Assembly: GCF_964355755.1 (NCBI RefSeq)
Contig: NC_092673.1
Coordinates: forward strand, 2,232,001 to 2,296,000
Direction: 5' to 3'
Origin: Antedon mediterranea
Taxonomy: Eukaryota; Animalia; Echinodermata
DNA length: 64,000 bases
The translations under genes were made by a program, and so were the position numbers. This document shows positions 1 to 11,776 of the stretch, piece by piece. Under the pieces are notes generated by a model. The model had not been told where the DNA came from, did no database searches, and was given only the letters and a program-made list of their open reading frames with translations. Positions within the stretch are counted from its first letter, which is position 1. Each line of letters opens with the position of its first letter.

Positions 1-1143
1 CCAAAATACATGCTTAATTAGATTAGGGCAAAAAATAAACAGTGTTTATTATTTTTCATGTTCAAATGTTGTGTGGCGGTCCAAGAAGTGACGTCAATCT
101 AGACGTCCAACCGACTAATGTTTTAAAGCTATGTTATTTCCGTTGATCTCTAACAGTATTAGTAACATTTAAATGTAACTTTGCATTCCCCAGATAGTAC
201 ATACTGCCATTTGTTGGCACGTAAATCTGCGTAACGTAAACGTAACAGACTAGGCCGCTAAATCTAGTAATCAAATACACATTCAAATCAGACACAGGGG
301 TAAGGTAGCCATCTATTTTTCTAGGGTCTACACTAGCTACAACAAACGGATCGGCCATCGTGCTTAAGTTTAACATTTCGACAATTATGAAACCATAGAA
401 TGGATTGTGGTCATTTTGGCACTAAAAAAAGGGCGTAAAATACTTGCGATATTGACGTTATCGTTATCGTTTAATTGATTACTATTACCTATACGTATTT
501 GTCTATACGTATTGGTTATGATACAACTCATACATCAAGTGCTGTAAGAGCAGATCAAACATAGTGTCAAAATATTGAACGCAACACGATGGTTCAATTC
601 AATTCGTCAAGTGTACATTTTACTTATTCGTATCATCGGTGTTGTGTACCATCCATTTCTACAGACTTGTATTGTGGTATTCTAAATATTCCAATGAACG
701 CTGTGTGATTCATGACAGGGCAAATGATACTATTGTGGCACGTGCGTTCGCTAATTCTTTCGTTCTCCTCTGAATGCTAATAACATAAATAGGCCTATAC
801 ACATCAAATAGACAGTTATACTGAGACGCTTTTCTGATTGATTTATACTTTACGGTAATTACGCCTTCCTTGCATAATAATTTAATATAATCAGCAGTAA
901 CTGTTGATACGATAAATAATATTATAGTTTGTACAAAGCAATAATCCTAAATAAAATTAAGTGTTTGAAATGTTCCGAAGTCTCATTTGCACGATGTATA
1001 TTTCATATTTAACTCCAACCTCCATGCTCCAATCAAACTCAATCAATCGTATTCCATGTTAACCGATTACGTCATTAATAATGTTAGCTGTCCGTCTATA
1101 TTAATAATATACAATCAAGAATTAATTACGTGCTGTATATGTT

Positions 1144-2289
1144 CTAATTTTCAAACATCTTTTTTGCTGATTTAAAGTCAATTTTTTGATATTCAACATC
1201 GCTTGTAACATCTTCAACGAATGGAGTTTGTCTTTCGGATGTTACTTCAGGGGGCGGAGGAGGTGGTGGTGGTAGGTTTCCAGCGTCAATGCTATTAGTG
1301 TCTCTAAATGACACAGTTGGTGTTCGTTGAGATGTTGGTGCTGACTGTTTGTTAATGATGACAGGTTGTACGCCACTATAATTAACCGGTCTGGGAGGTC
1401 TTCTTGGTGCCTTTTCTACCGGTGTTGATGGAGGTGTTGGTGGTGGTGGCGGGGGTGGGGGTTGCGCGTTAGTTGTTGCACGTGATAAGCTCTTCAACGG
1501 TTGAATATGTTGTGGTGGTGGTGGAGGAGGCGGTGTATGAGGACTACGCATTTCGATTGGTACTATCCTATCATGAGTACTGAGAGGTTGCATACGTGGC
1601 GCTTCCACAGACAACTCGCCTCTTTCACTTATGAAACATTTCACTAAATTTGGGTTTACGTCATCTGGCAGTGTATACTGTCGACTGTAGCTACGTTGCG
1701 TAAAACCACCTTGATGATTTGCTTCCCTATGGTTAGCTGTCACCGTAACGGTCCTGTCTTTTACTCTAACCTGGATCTCCTGTGGACTATATTGGCTAAG
1801 ATCCATGGTAGCCTGGAAGCTTCGGTTGTCATATTGTACCAAACTCATTTGTGGAAGTTGTTGAGAAGACGTACCCGTGATATATTGCGGGATAGGAGGC
1901 GTCTTTGAACTAGTGACAGTTACTGGTGTGGTGTAATATCCGTGATAGACAGTTTGATCTTGAGATCCTACTGGAGTCACTTGGATATCTCTTTCTCTCG
2001 ATCGCATAGATGTTGAAGTGACAACATTTCTGGTGTGTGACGTGTTTATGATTGGTGGCGGTGGTGTGACATAGTTCGCCTGTCGGTATGCCTGTGACGT
2101 GATGGGACGCGCGGCTGCTTCTGTACCCGACGATGAGTCAGACACATTAACGATATACTCAATAGGAACAGGCTGCAACGAATTCGGCTGGTTTACGCTG
2201 ACAGTCGGCTGAGTACCAGATGCATAACCTGGAATCTTTATCTCAATGTTCATCTTATTCCGCGATTTTTCTGAAAAAGTACGAAACAT
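1144..2289 (-). CDS. Intronless small heat-shock protein (alpha-crystallin/HSP20 domain) with long N-terminal arm and proline-rich C-terminal extension
   Basis: 381-aa ORF. Alpha-crystallin domain at about 1594-1840 (FQATMDLSQYSPQEIQVRVKDRTVTVTANH...FTQRSYSRQYTLPDDVNPNLVKCFISERGELSVEAPR) followed by the IXI-type motif RIVPIEM. The start could instead be the ATG at 2253 (MNIEIK). Confidence 0.88.
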   Translation of the reverse strand: MFRTFSEKSRNKMNIEIKIPGYASGTQPTVSVNQPNSLQPVPIEYIVNVSDSSSGTEAAARPITSQAYRQANYVTPPPPIINTSHTRNVVTSTSMRSRERDIQVTPVGSQDQTVYHGYYTTPVTVTSSKTPPIPQYITGTSSQQLPQMSLVQYDNRSFQATMDLSQYSPQEIQVRVKDRTVTVTANHREANHQGGFTQRSYSRQYTLPDDVNPNLVKCFISERGELSVEAPRMQPLSTHDRIVPIEMRSPHTPPPPPPPQHIQPLKSLSRATTNAQPPPPPPPPTPPSTPVEKAPRRPPRPVNYSGVQPVIINKQSAPTSQRTPTVSFRDTNSIDAGNLPPPPPPPPEVTSERQTPFVEDVTSDVEYQKIDFKSAKKMFEN

Positions 2290-3323
2290 TATCTAAATCA
2301 TTTAGTCCTACAAGTATAAATCTTTTTCAGCGTAACGCAAAGGTACTTTAACCAAGGCATCGTCAGTTCGGGTTAACCGTCATCGCTTCGTGATTGGTCA
2401 ACGGTGCGCTTACGAACTTGCGTTGCGTCCCGTCCAAGTTAAAAACAAGCTTAAGCTTATACAGTATATTAATAGAACAATATAGATAGGCCTATAAGGT
2501 ATTACTGTAATTTGATTGTATACTTACTGCAAATAGGCTGCCGTTCTATTATGTATTAGGTTTCCGATTCAATATTTCAAAGTTATGTAAATCCATGAGC
2601 AGACGACAAAATAAAATTATCATGAAATAAAAAGATTGAAATTCCGAGAGATGGCCTTGCTCTTCATTGGCCTGCAGCGGTTCATTTACTAAGCAACTTG
2701 CACAAATTACAACCCTTGTTATCTCTGTCATCTTGCATTCAATAGCGCCACCATTCATTAACAGATCGTCTCAAACGAATACATGAATATCATCAGTATT
2801 TACTGTCATCCGTGATATATCACTTCATTTGTTATTTTAGAACACATTAGCTCTACACTGATCATGTAGTGATGTAGTTAAGAAAACAACAATCTAATAG
2901 TACCCACATATGGAAGTCTAGCGCGATTGGTAATACGATGACAAATCTAGCAGTTGTCTTTGAAATTTAAAAAAGTGTAAGAAAGTAAGAAATTGTCATG
3001 TGCGTTCATGTGATAGTGAACAAAGAATGTCATTGATTTTTACAAACTAATTTCAACATTCAATAGTTTTGATATTGTATATAACATTAAAATATTGATT
3101 TTAAAATGTATCATTTAGGCCTAAACTCATAACAGAGGATAGGAAGTATATTTCTACACTTTGCGGCTCATTCGACAGTTTCGTCATTACAATGTTCTTG
3201 AGCAGACATACTTAAAGTAAAGGGGTGGGTCTAAGCAGGGAGTTGTAAAATAAGGTTTGGGACGATAGTGCGCGCAAAAAAAGTAAATGGCTCACTCAAC
3301 AACCGTAGATGGCGTTCGTCTAA

Positions 3324-3506
3324 AGGCCTACACAGACACGAGCGGTGAATGTGTAAGAATCGGAAAACCGCGTAGCTTGTCCCACGTAGAATCTCTAGAG
3401 GAAACCGCATGTCCGCTCCGCGCCTTGTGTACGTAAATGGTCATAATAGGAATTACATGATTCTATATTTTTATTACCGTTACCGCTCGTTGGTGTGAAT
3501 TGGCCT
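3324..3506. mobile_element. MITE family B (TIR AGGCC..ACACAGA.GAGCGG)
   Basis: Imperfect inverted termini. Related copies at 22760-22846 (TAA TSD) and a partial copy at about 4460-4535. Confidence 0.6.
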
Positions 3507-4818
3507 CAAACAAGTCCTATCTACATAGATCTAACAATTAACATAGTGATGTGGCGTACCGTATGCATTTTCTACGCACAAAGTTATGCGACATGATAAT
3601 GCGGTTGTTATTGTTCATCATCGTATCAATTTTCTTCTCCGTTTCATTTGTCATTTTAATTTAACCTACAAATGCTTCTTCATTTAGTTTGTCGCAACTG
3701 AATAATGCATGTTCGTTCTTGTTACTTTCGATAGTTGTTGACAGCCGATTCTCGGTCATGGCGTTACGTCCTTGCGTTGCGTCGCTAGTGGGAACCACGC
3801 TTTAGTGATTCACAAGCGATGGATTATTCTAACTGTCGACGGTTGTCATTGGTCAACTCGCTTGCGTTGCGTCTACGTCCTTACGTTGTGGCCTAGTGGG
3901 AACCAAGCTTAAAGAATATTTGGTCATAAATATCATGTGTTTCACACGTATCTAGTAGTGACCTAACCTTACATGATACAGGCACCACATATGACATAAA
4001 TGAGATGCTGTATTACTAAATATCCCTATGATACTTCGGAAATAGATAGATGTGGAGGAGATACAGTACTATAGGAATCTAACATTTAAGTAACCATGGC
4101 AATGAAGACAAGTAAATGAAAAATAAAAGAAACAATGCTGTCTTTGAGTAATGCATTTATTTTATCAAAAGTTCTAGTTGTATACAATTATATATAGATT
4201 TCCAACCGATGCCAGCGAAAACGAAGTTTATATTACGAACAATGATCAGCTTGTACTAAAAGATAACGACAATATTCTTCATATTAATAAAATCATATGA
4301 TGATAAATGAGATACATTTCTAAGCTTATACATAATATACAAAACATTCATAAAACAGTATAAAATGATTATAAACGTAATAGAGTTAAAAACGAAACGA
4401 GGAAGGACGTACGTCCAGGTGCACTAGGACCAATCCTTATTCAGGGGACACCACCCCTATAAACGGTAAGCGGAAAATGGTCATAAGGAATAACATAGAT
4501 TCTATATTTTTATTACCGCTCGTCTGTGTAAATGTGTTTACATTTTATACGTACAAAGGCCCATCGATCTACTTGGTTTTACAGACATTTTAACGTCACT
4601 CAATCTTTCAAAATTTAATTATTTCTCCCTGCAAGGTTTTACATTTTTACCCAAAATATTTTACATATTATCAAGTGGTGGCTTCGACCATACAAAGTAT
4701 GCTGCCTAAATGTTAAAACTTAGCTTTAAAAATTCATAATATTAATTCATATATTTCTACTGTTAATCTCTTTCAAAATCTTATCTTGTTAAAATGAAGT
4801 TTGATGGTACACTCGGCT

Positions 4819-4921
4819 TTAATATTCAGTAACATAATTTTCAGTAACAACCACCATCCAATGGAATCCATCCGTTATTGGTAAATGGGAAGATGGAAAA
4901 AGAACATGTCGAATGAAAGAC
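4819..4921 (-). CDS. ZDHHC16: Duplicated alternative terminal coding exon of ZDHHC16
   Basis: Acceptor ttttccgttttaag|G in the same phase as exon 6024-6138. Encodes (R)SFIRHVLFPSSHLPITDGFHWMVVVTENYVTEY*, paralogous to (R)TFWRHILFPSSHVPIEDGIVWSIH...*. Confidence 0.7.
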
Positions 4922-5642
4922 CTTAAAACGGAAAATAAATACAAATACATAATTATACAACATTAACTTAGTAGAAAAAATAAACATTTCATATACTGTA
5001 TTATATTGTTATGTTTTTTTATATTAAAATTTGTTATTTTACTGTTTTTCCATGTTTTAAAGAATTCTGTATGCATGTTTTAACCTTTTATTTTCTATAG
5101 GACAGAACAGGACCATATGTAAAACAGGTTATACATCTATACCTGATATCATGGTTTTATCCTGTATAAATATGTTTTCAAAATAAAATAAATCTATTTT
5201 TATTGTTTTTTTATAATTTCTATATTCATAATCATTCTAATGTGGAAAATAGCAAAATAAATGATATATTTATTTATTTATTTCACTCCAAAGCAACAGC
5301 GAATCATCGCCACTAATAATATATATAAGTTAATTTTCAAAACAAACAGAGCTTTACTTTAATATTTCATACATAATTGGAATCCCTTAATTATCACCAA
5401 TAACTTGGTTAAAATTTGATCATGAAATGGAATCATTATAGAAATATATTCATAGAATGTATTGAAGTTAAAATTAAAATACATGTGTGAAGTAATGTTT
5501 ATGTATTTATGTAGAGAATTCCACAAACAATGTCATCTCAATGCGATGTGGACTTAGATGGTACACTTTTCAACAACACGCTTCTCCCTAAGGGTCACGT
5601 CATTGCAGTGCTGCCAAGTACGACATAATTTCATCTGTCTAT

Positions 5643-5842
5643 GACAGTGGTTGTGTGAGCTGGTACACCAGGGTAACCCCCTACTCATCTCAAAAGATTT
5701 ATAGGTAGGTTCTATTCAAGAAGCACTTATCGGAGAAGACTACACCAGACTCATGGAGCGAGGGAGCATCTAATCCTTGCCATAAGGCTATGTATTTCGT
5801 TTTTTATTTTTACGCTGTCCTAACCGTTCGGCCACTCACTCT
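5643..5842 (-). mobile_element. Diverged copy of the same SINE
   Basis: Shares ACACC.GGGTAACCCC.TACTC, GAGAAGACT and TCGGCCACTCACTC with 23985-24282. Confidence 0.65.
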
Positions 5843-6023
5843 AATAAAGCTGATCGATTGCCCGAGTGAAAAATTAGTCCCAACCAAGATTTGAATGGCT
5901 GGTATGCCTTAAGGACCACTGGACACCTTTCAAGGAGAAGTCTTTTACCCTCAACAATATATATTTATGAATATGTATATTGTCCTTTACATAGTCAGTA
6001 ACCTGACTCACACAAACGCTCTA

Positions 6024-9000
6024 TCATACATGTTTAAATCCATTATTAGTCCTTAAATTATCCTGATGGATGCTCCAAACAATGCCATCCTCGATGGGAA
6101 CGTGTGAAGATGGAAATAGTATGTGGCGCCAGAATGTCCTTGAATGAAAACAATGATAAACACATTAGCTGATATGATAAAACAATGTGTGTTTTAGAAT
6201 ATGTGCACAAACACATTAGTTGATATGATAAAACAATGTATGTTTTAGAATATTATGTGCACAAATAAAAAAAAACAAGTAAATTCTCACCGTTTATTTG
6301 TAAGTCCCAAAAAGATCCTAAAGTTTTCAACAAATCCAAAGCTGTATGGATTCTTATACACCTGACAAAAAAAATTATTACAGTATAAAAATTACCATGT
6401 TATGCTTAGCCATGTATGGCAGTTATGTCAGATAAACTAGACATTTTAAAACAGGTAATGTACTGATGAACATTGTAATGTTTTTCATATTTAAATAAAT
6501 GTACGTATGAAGCTCTGTCTATTCTATCAAAAAAGTTTGATAAAAAAGGTGTGTTGTGCTCAAATATGGTAGTAATATGACATCATCGTGTCCATATATG
6601 GGCACATCACATTTTGTTGTAGTAAGATCATTGCACATAAACCCCCAAAAACAAACAGAGCATGAAATGGAATCATAAAAATATATTTTTTATGAATCGC
6701 ATGAGTGTACTACATGTGATCAATGAATTAAACATGGCAAAACTTCCTAGTAGATGATCACAATTCAAAATTTAATTGATAAGTAGGTAATACATAAAAA
6801 TACTTACCACGCCGACTTTTTTTAATCGTTTCCGCTCTTCGTTATTAATATAGCGCTCAATACTGGTCTCTCCTCTACTGATAAGATAAACATGCCAACA
6901 TGTTAGGATACCTAAAGCTATTGTTACGCTGAATGTTAAAAAGAATTCGTAGATGATCACTTTATGGAATGTACTCTCCTTTTCTTTCACCATGTTGTTA
7001 ATAATACTGTGTTCAGGATTTTTATTATTTTCCTGGAAAAAAAAACCGAAAAAATGTTTATTTTATGTAAATAAACTTAAAATACAACACTAACGTAATC
7101 ATAATTAATTATTAAATATAAAAAGGGAATCTTACAGCTTTCACCGCATTTGCTACTCCTTTTATTGGTGCAAGATAGCGCAAAAAATTTGCATACGTTT
7201 TCTGAAAAAATAATAAAAATAACACAATAGTTTATTCAATTTTTTAAAATATAAAGAATTATAATGTTATTGTGGTCAAATGCATATCATTACCTCCACC
7301 TGAGGTTATAAATTTGTTAGAGACGTGTGTGTGTATGTTTGTAGCAGGATAATGTCAAAACTACAAGACAGATCTTTACCAAATTGAAACCACAGATATG
7401 GTTATGGATGACTCCTGAGGACGATCAAAGTATATTGATTGAAACTTTGAGAACTCAACAGTTTTTTTCAGGACTATATATATTAGGTGTACCGCAAACT
7501 TTATATCAACAGCATTTTGTCTGTTGTAACTTAGATATGATTTAGATTTGGCTTAACTCTGTTCTATGCATGCTCTACTACAGTGAGTATGAACACAGTG
7601 GCTTATCAGACTTGCCTACTAATCCAGTATTCTGGGTTCAATGCCGGGTCTGCCAGGATATTATTCAGGGATCAATTATAAAGCAATCACAATAAAATTT
7701 GTTACCTCTATATCGAAAAATTCCTCTTTAAATAGTGGCCACACTGAGATACTAACAAACAACGTACCCATCAGCATAAATACACAGAATTGTAAAAAGT
7801 ACCTATGGTTAAAATGTCCTACACAATTATTTAACCAAGCTGGATGATCAATGTTAAAGAACAAAACCATAAAGCTACCTATGGAACAAAATATGAAGGG
7901 AGCATGTGTCTTTTTTGCCAACAGACATACTTATGGCAGAGAACCAAGACCAAGTATGTCCAATACAAGCAAATATTGCTTCGAAATTGAATTGAGAATT
8001 GTTACAGTAATTGTTGTACTTGTATTTTTGTCACTTAGCAAATATAATGTTGTCAAGTACAGTATAGTACTTCCTTTGTTTGTTTGTATTTACAACAATC
8101 GTCCTGAATGTTTGAGTGTTAATAGGTAAAAATTGATATACTATATTTGTGACTTTACTTATATTAAAATCTGCAGTTACCTGTATTTTCAATATGAGGC
8201 AAAATATTAAATAGCACGGCCTCTATCGCTCTGCATTTCACCATGTATTTTGCTCAGTTCGTGAGCGCTTAATTTATCTAAGTATTTGTAAGGATACGGC
8301 AATGATGATCCATTTTTAATACACATTTATTACACACACTACAGTGGTGAGTCCTTGGAGGTTTTGGTGCAATACAGCGTTTGCATATTGTAACAGCACC
8401 GACTTCAGAAGTAAACTAAAAAATGTAACCAGAAAAATAGTTATTGAGTGTAGTAGTCAGTGAGCATGGGTTTGTGAGCATGCATAATAGTTTCTGATAA
8501 TAGTTTGTGAGAATGCATAGTAGTCAGTGAGCATGAGTTTGTGAGCATGCGTAATAGTTTCTGATAATAGTTTGTGAGAATGCATAATAGTTTCTGATAA
8601 TAGTTTGTGAGGAGAATGCATAGTAGTCAGTGAGCATGGGTTTGTGAGCATGCATAATAGTTTCTGATAATAGTTTGTGAGAATGCATAATAGTTTCTGA
8701 TAATAGTTTGTGAGAATGCATAATAGTTTCTGATAATAGTTTGTGAGAATGCATGCTCGCACAAAACAATGTAAATGCAACACAAGTGAGTTAACCAATC
8801 ACAAGCGACAGTTGAGATAAAATTTACAGTGAGCTTACGGCCAAGTGGGAACCAAGCTTTAATATGTTTATCAGAGCATGAGCTTGCAGAGTAGTTTGAG
8901 AGCATTCAAAGGCATTAGTATAGTAGTTAGTGAGCATAAGTATTAATCTCTGAGCATGCATCAGTAGTTTGTGAGCATTCATAGTAGTTTGTGAGCATGC

Positions 9001-10300
9001 ATAATAGTTTGTGAGCATGCATCAGTAGTTTGTGAGCATGTATAGTAGTTTATGAGCATGCATCAGTAGTTTGTGAGCATGCATAGTAGTTTGTGAGCAT
9101 GCATAGTAGTTTGTAAGCATGCATAGTAGTTTCTGAGCATGCATCAGTAGTTTGTGAGCATGCATAGTAGTTTGTAAGCATGCATAGTAGTTCGTGAGCA
9201 TGCATCAGTAGTTTGTGAGCATGCATAGTAGTTTGTGAGCATGCATCAGTAGTTTGTGAGCATTCATAGTAGTTTGTGAGCATGCATAGTAGTTTGTGAG
9301 CATTCATCAGTAGTTCGTGAGCATGCATAGTAGTTTGTAAGCATTCATAGTAGTTTGTGAGCATGCATAGTAGTTTGTGAGCATTCATCAGTAGTTTGTG
9401 AGCATGCATAGTAGTTTGTAAGCATGCATCAGTAGTTTGTAAGCATGCATCAGTAGTTTGTGAGCATGCATCAGTAGTTTGTGAGCATGCATCAGTAGTT
9501 TGTGAGCATGCATAGCAGTTTGTGATAAACTTACCAATGGTGGACTACCTGGTAAGGTCCTTACTCCTTTGTAATAATTGAAAATAATATTAACAAGAAG
9601 CCAGTGTCCATAAATTACTAGAAAAAACACCACAAATCCAACTTCATCTCCAATATAATATGGAAGAACATAGAAATAATAAATGAGAACTACAGATGTA
9701 GTTAGACAGGTCACCATGACAACAAACATCTGCAAAGAAAAATAAATTACATTTCAATATATATATAAACATTTACAGGTCAGGGTGAATAATTAATTTA
9801 GAAACGATAAAATCTGTGATAGTAAAAAATTTCACCCCAACCGAGAAATTAAAAGGTACAGAACAAATTATTTATAAAAATTAAAAGGCACAGAACAAAT
9901 AAAAAAATGATATACTGTATTGAATATTAATTAATTAATTTTGAAACGATAAAGACTAGAAAATCTATGAGAAATTAGAAAAATCCGCCCCAAACCCCTT
10001 TTAAGAATTATGCATAAAGAGTTTACATGAGTTTAAGTTTAAATGTTAAATTATGATGAATTGCTAAATGGAAGAATTTGAACATTTAAAACTTACAGGG
10101 CCTAGATATTTCGCCACTTTGTCAACAGTCCAAAAGACTGGCTCCATTGCAGCATCAAAGAGGGCATTTTTAGATGAAAAAGAATTAAATGAAACAGATC
10201 GAATTGCAAATATAAACAGTTGAAAATAGGTACAGCATGAAGAGAATTTATCTTCAATTCTTCGCATAAGACGAAAGAATCCTCGCTTGATTGCATACAT
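6024..10300 (-). CDS. ZDHHC16: Palmitoyltransferase ZDHHC16 (DHHC-CRD), 8 coding exons, 375 aa
   Basis: Exons (minus): 10097-10300, 9535-9729, 8298-8415, 7706-7839, 7136-7201, 6808-7032, 6291-6361, 6024-6138; all GT-AG with consistent phases, 1128 nt in total. Encodes [44 protein letters not shown], four hydrophobic segments, GETSIERYIN, YKNPYSFG and FWRHILFPSSH, as expected for ZDHHC16. Confidence 0.92.
6159..6265. repeat. Tandem duplication of about 51 bp in ZDHHC16 intron 6139-6290
   Basis: AACACATTAG.TGATATGATAAAACAATGT.TGTTTTAGAATA occurs twice. Confidence 0.8.
7840..8297 (-). other. U12-type (minor spliceosome) GT-AG intron in ZDHHC16
   Basis: 5' splice site GTATCCTTAC immediately after DHHC, splitting the Pro codon. 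Branch-point-like TTCTTTAAC just upstream of the CAG, with no classical pyrimidine tract. Confidence 0.88.
8449..9528. repeat. Compound minisatellite (20-21-bp GCATGCAT(C)AGTAGTTTGTGA and 33-bp variants) filling ZDHHC16 intron 8416-9534
   Basis: Directly visible tandem units, interrupted at about 8755-8870. They generate the spurious repetitive ORFs in the track. Confidence 0.95.
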
Positions 10301-10363
10301 TTCTGTTAAGTAGATTATTGTTGTTCATTTAAAATACTGAAGGCCTACTCTGTTATGATAGAT

Positions 10364-10788
10364 CTGTAACAAGACAAAATAAGAAAAAACATTAGGCTAT
10401 ATCATCACAACACACAACATTAATTAATAATAATAATAAAACATTTCATGTACAACAGCTTTGCTTTAACCAAGGCATGGACGGTCTTTATAGGCCGGAT
10501 GGATGTGGTCCTAGTATAGGCTTATTATTAGATTACACTCTAGCTAGCTAGTAGGGGCCTGCCTCCTCTACCAAATAACTAGCTAGGTAGCCTAGTAGGT
10601 GTAGGGCTTGAGCCTTGGTTTGGGTGGGCCAAGCTAGAGGCCTCTAGTCTAGGCCGCCTCTAGCTAGCTTAACCAGCCTAGGCTAGGCTACAAGCCTAGT
10701 TTTTAGTTCTTGTAGGTAGGTATTTTGCATTACAAATTTATATTAAATCTACCCACCCCACCATTACGTCGTTTTAAATAAAATTCAC
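10364..10788 (-). other. Putative 5'-UTR intron of ZDHHC16 (non-coding first exon from about 10789)
   Basis: Strong acceptor ttttcttattttgtcttgttacag ending at 10364 and candidate donor AG|GTGAAT at 10788. A CpG-containing patch at about 10860-10900 is consistent with a promoter. Confidence 0.5.
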
Positions 10789-11776
10789 CTTTATTTAAAG
10801 TGTCATTGTGATTATGCCGAATTTATCAATTTTCTTTTTTCTGAGAAAAATTATAACAGATTAGCGCGCCCTCAATATGTTTTTCGCGCCGCGGCTCTAG
10901 CCAGCTATGTCCCAGGAGGACACATTCATTAATAAGCTGTTTCATAGCGGTAGCTTTAGTATCTAAGGCTGACAGTTTTGTGAATTTGGAAACTCGACTA
11001 TAATTTATAGGTAGCTGCTGGACCCAAAAAACGTCTGGGAGAAGAGAGTCTATATGAAAGCCTTTGCTGATAATACAGTATTATTGAGATGTAGACGGAA
11101 ATCTGTAAAATCTTGTTCAATAAATAATAACTTCGTTTTGCTGTCAACCAGGCCGGTATCATAATAAGTCACTGTCAAATAATCATTCGATAATGGTCAA
11201 AACTTTATTTTGGCTCTGTCAACATAAAGGGAGGTATTTACAATGACTTTCTTTTGACTGTCAATCTAGGCCAAGGTTATAATAATACGCCGTCAGATAT
11301 TAAATCATTGAAACAGTCCTGGTAAATTTTTTTTTGGTTATCAGATGCCGGGTGGGGGGGGGGGGGTCCAATCAATTATCGTCAGAAGGTGAACAATCAG
11401 TCTAGGTAGCAGCAGCAGATTATTATTAACGCCTGCTCCATTAATTAATCCAGAAAAAGGTTTGTACATTATCTATTTGTTTATTAGCCTTCTCCTAACA
11501 CAATTATATTTTCTTTAAAAAAAGGTTTTATAAGTGGTTTCAACATTTACGATAGTAATTTCACAGTTCTGTGTCTGGACGCAAGTTCATAGACCTACTA
11601 GTTATATTATTCATATTAACTGATACTTACTCTTCATTTACCGTAAAGTTCAGTTTTAATGAAATATATAATATAAATTGGCTTCGTAACAATTAATTAG
11701 TGTTGAAAAGGTTAGTTTTTTGGTGATAGGTGAAAATGACATGTCACTTCGTAATCAATTTATTTTTTTGGTATAA

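Noticed and set aside
134-376. 80-aa ORF (MADPFVVASVDPRK...) as a possible first exon of a gene leaving the window
   Set aside because: No recognisable domain or convincing donor; cannot be supported from this window alone.
8457-9409. Repetitive ORFs (MHAHKLL.., LTNYYQKLLC..)
   Set aside because: Translations of an intronic minisatellite, open in several frames.
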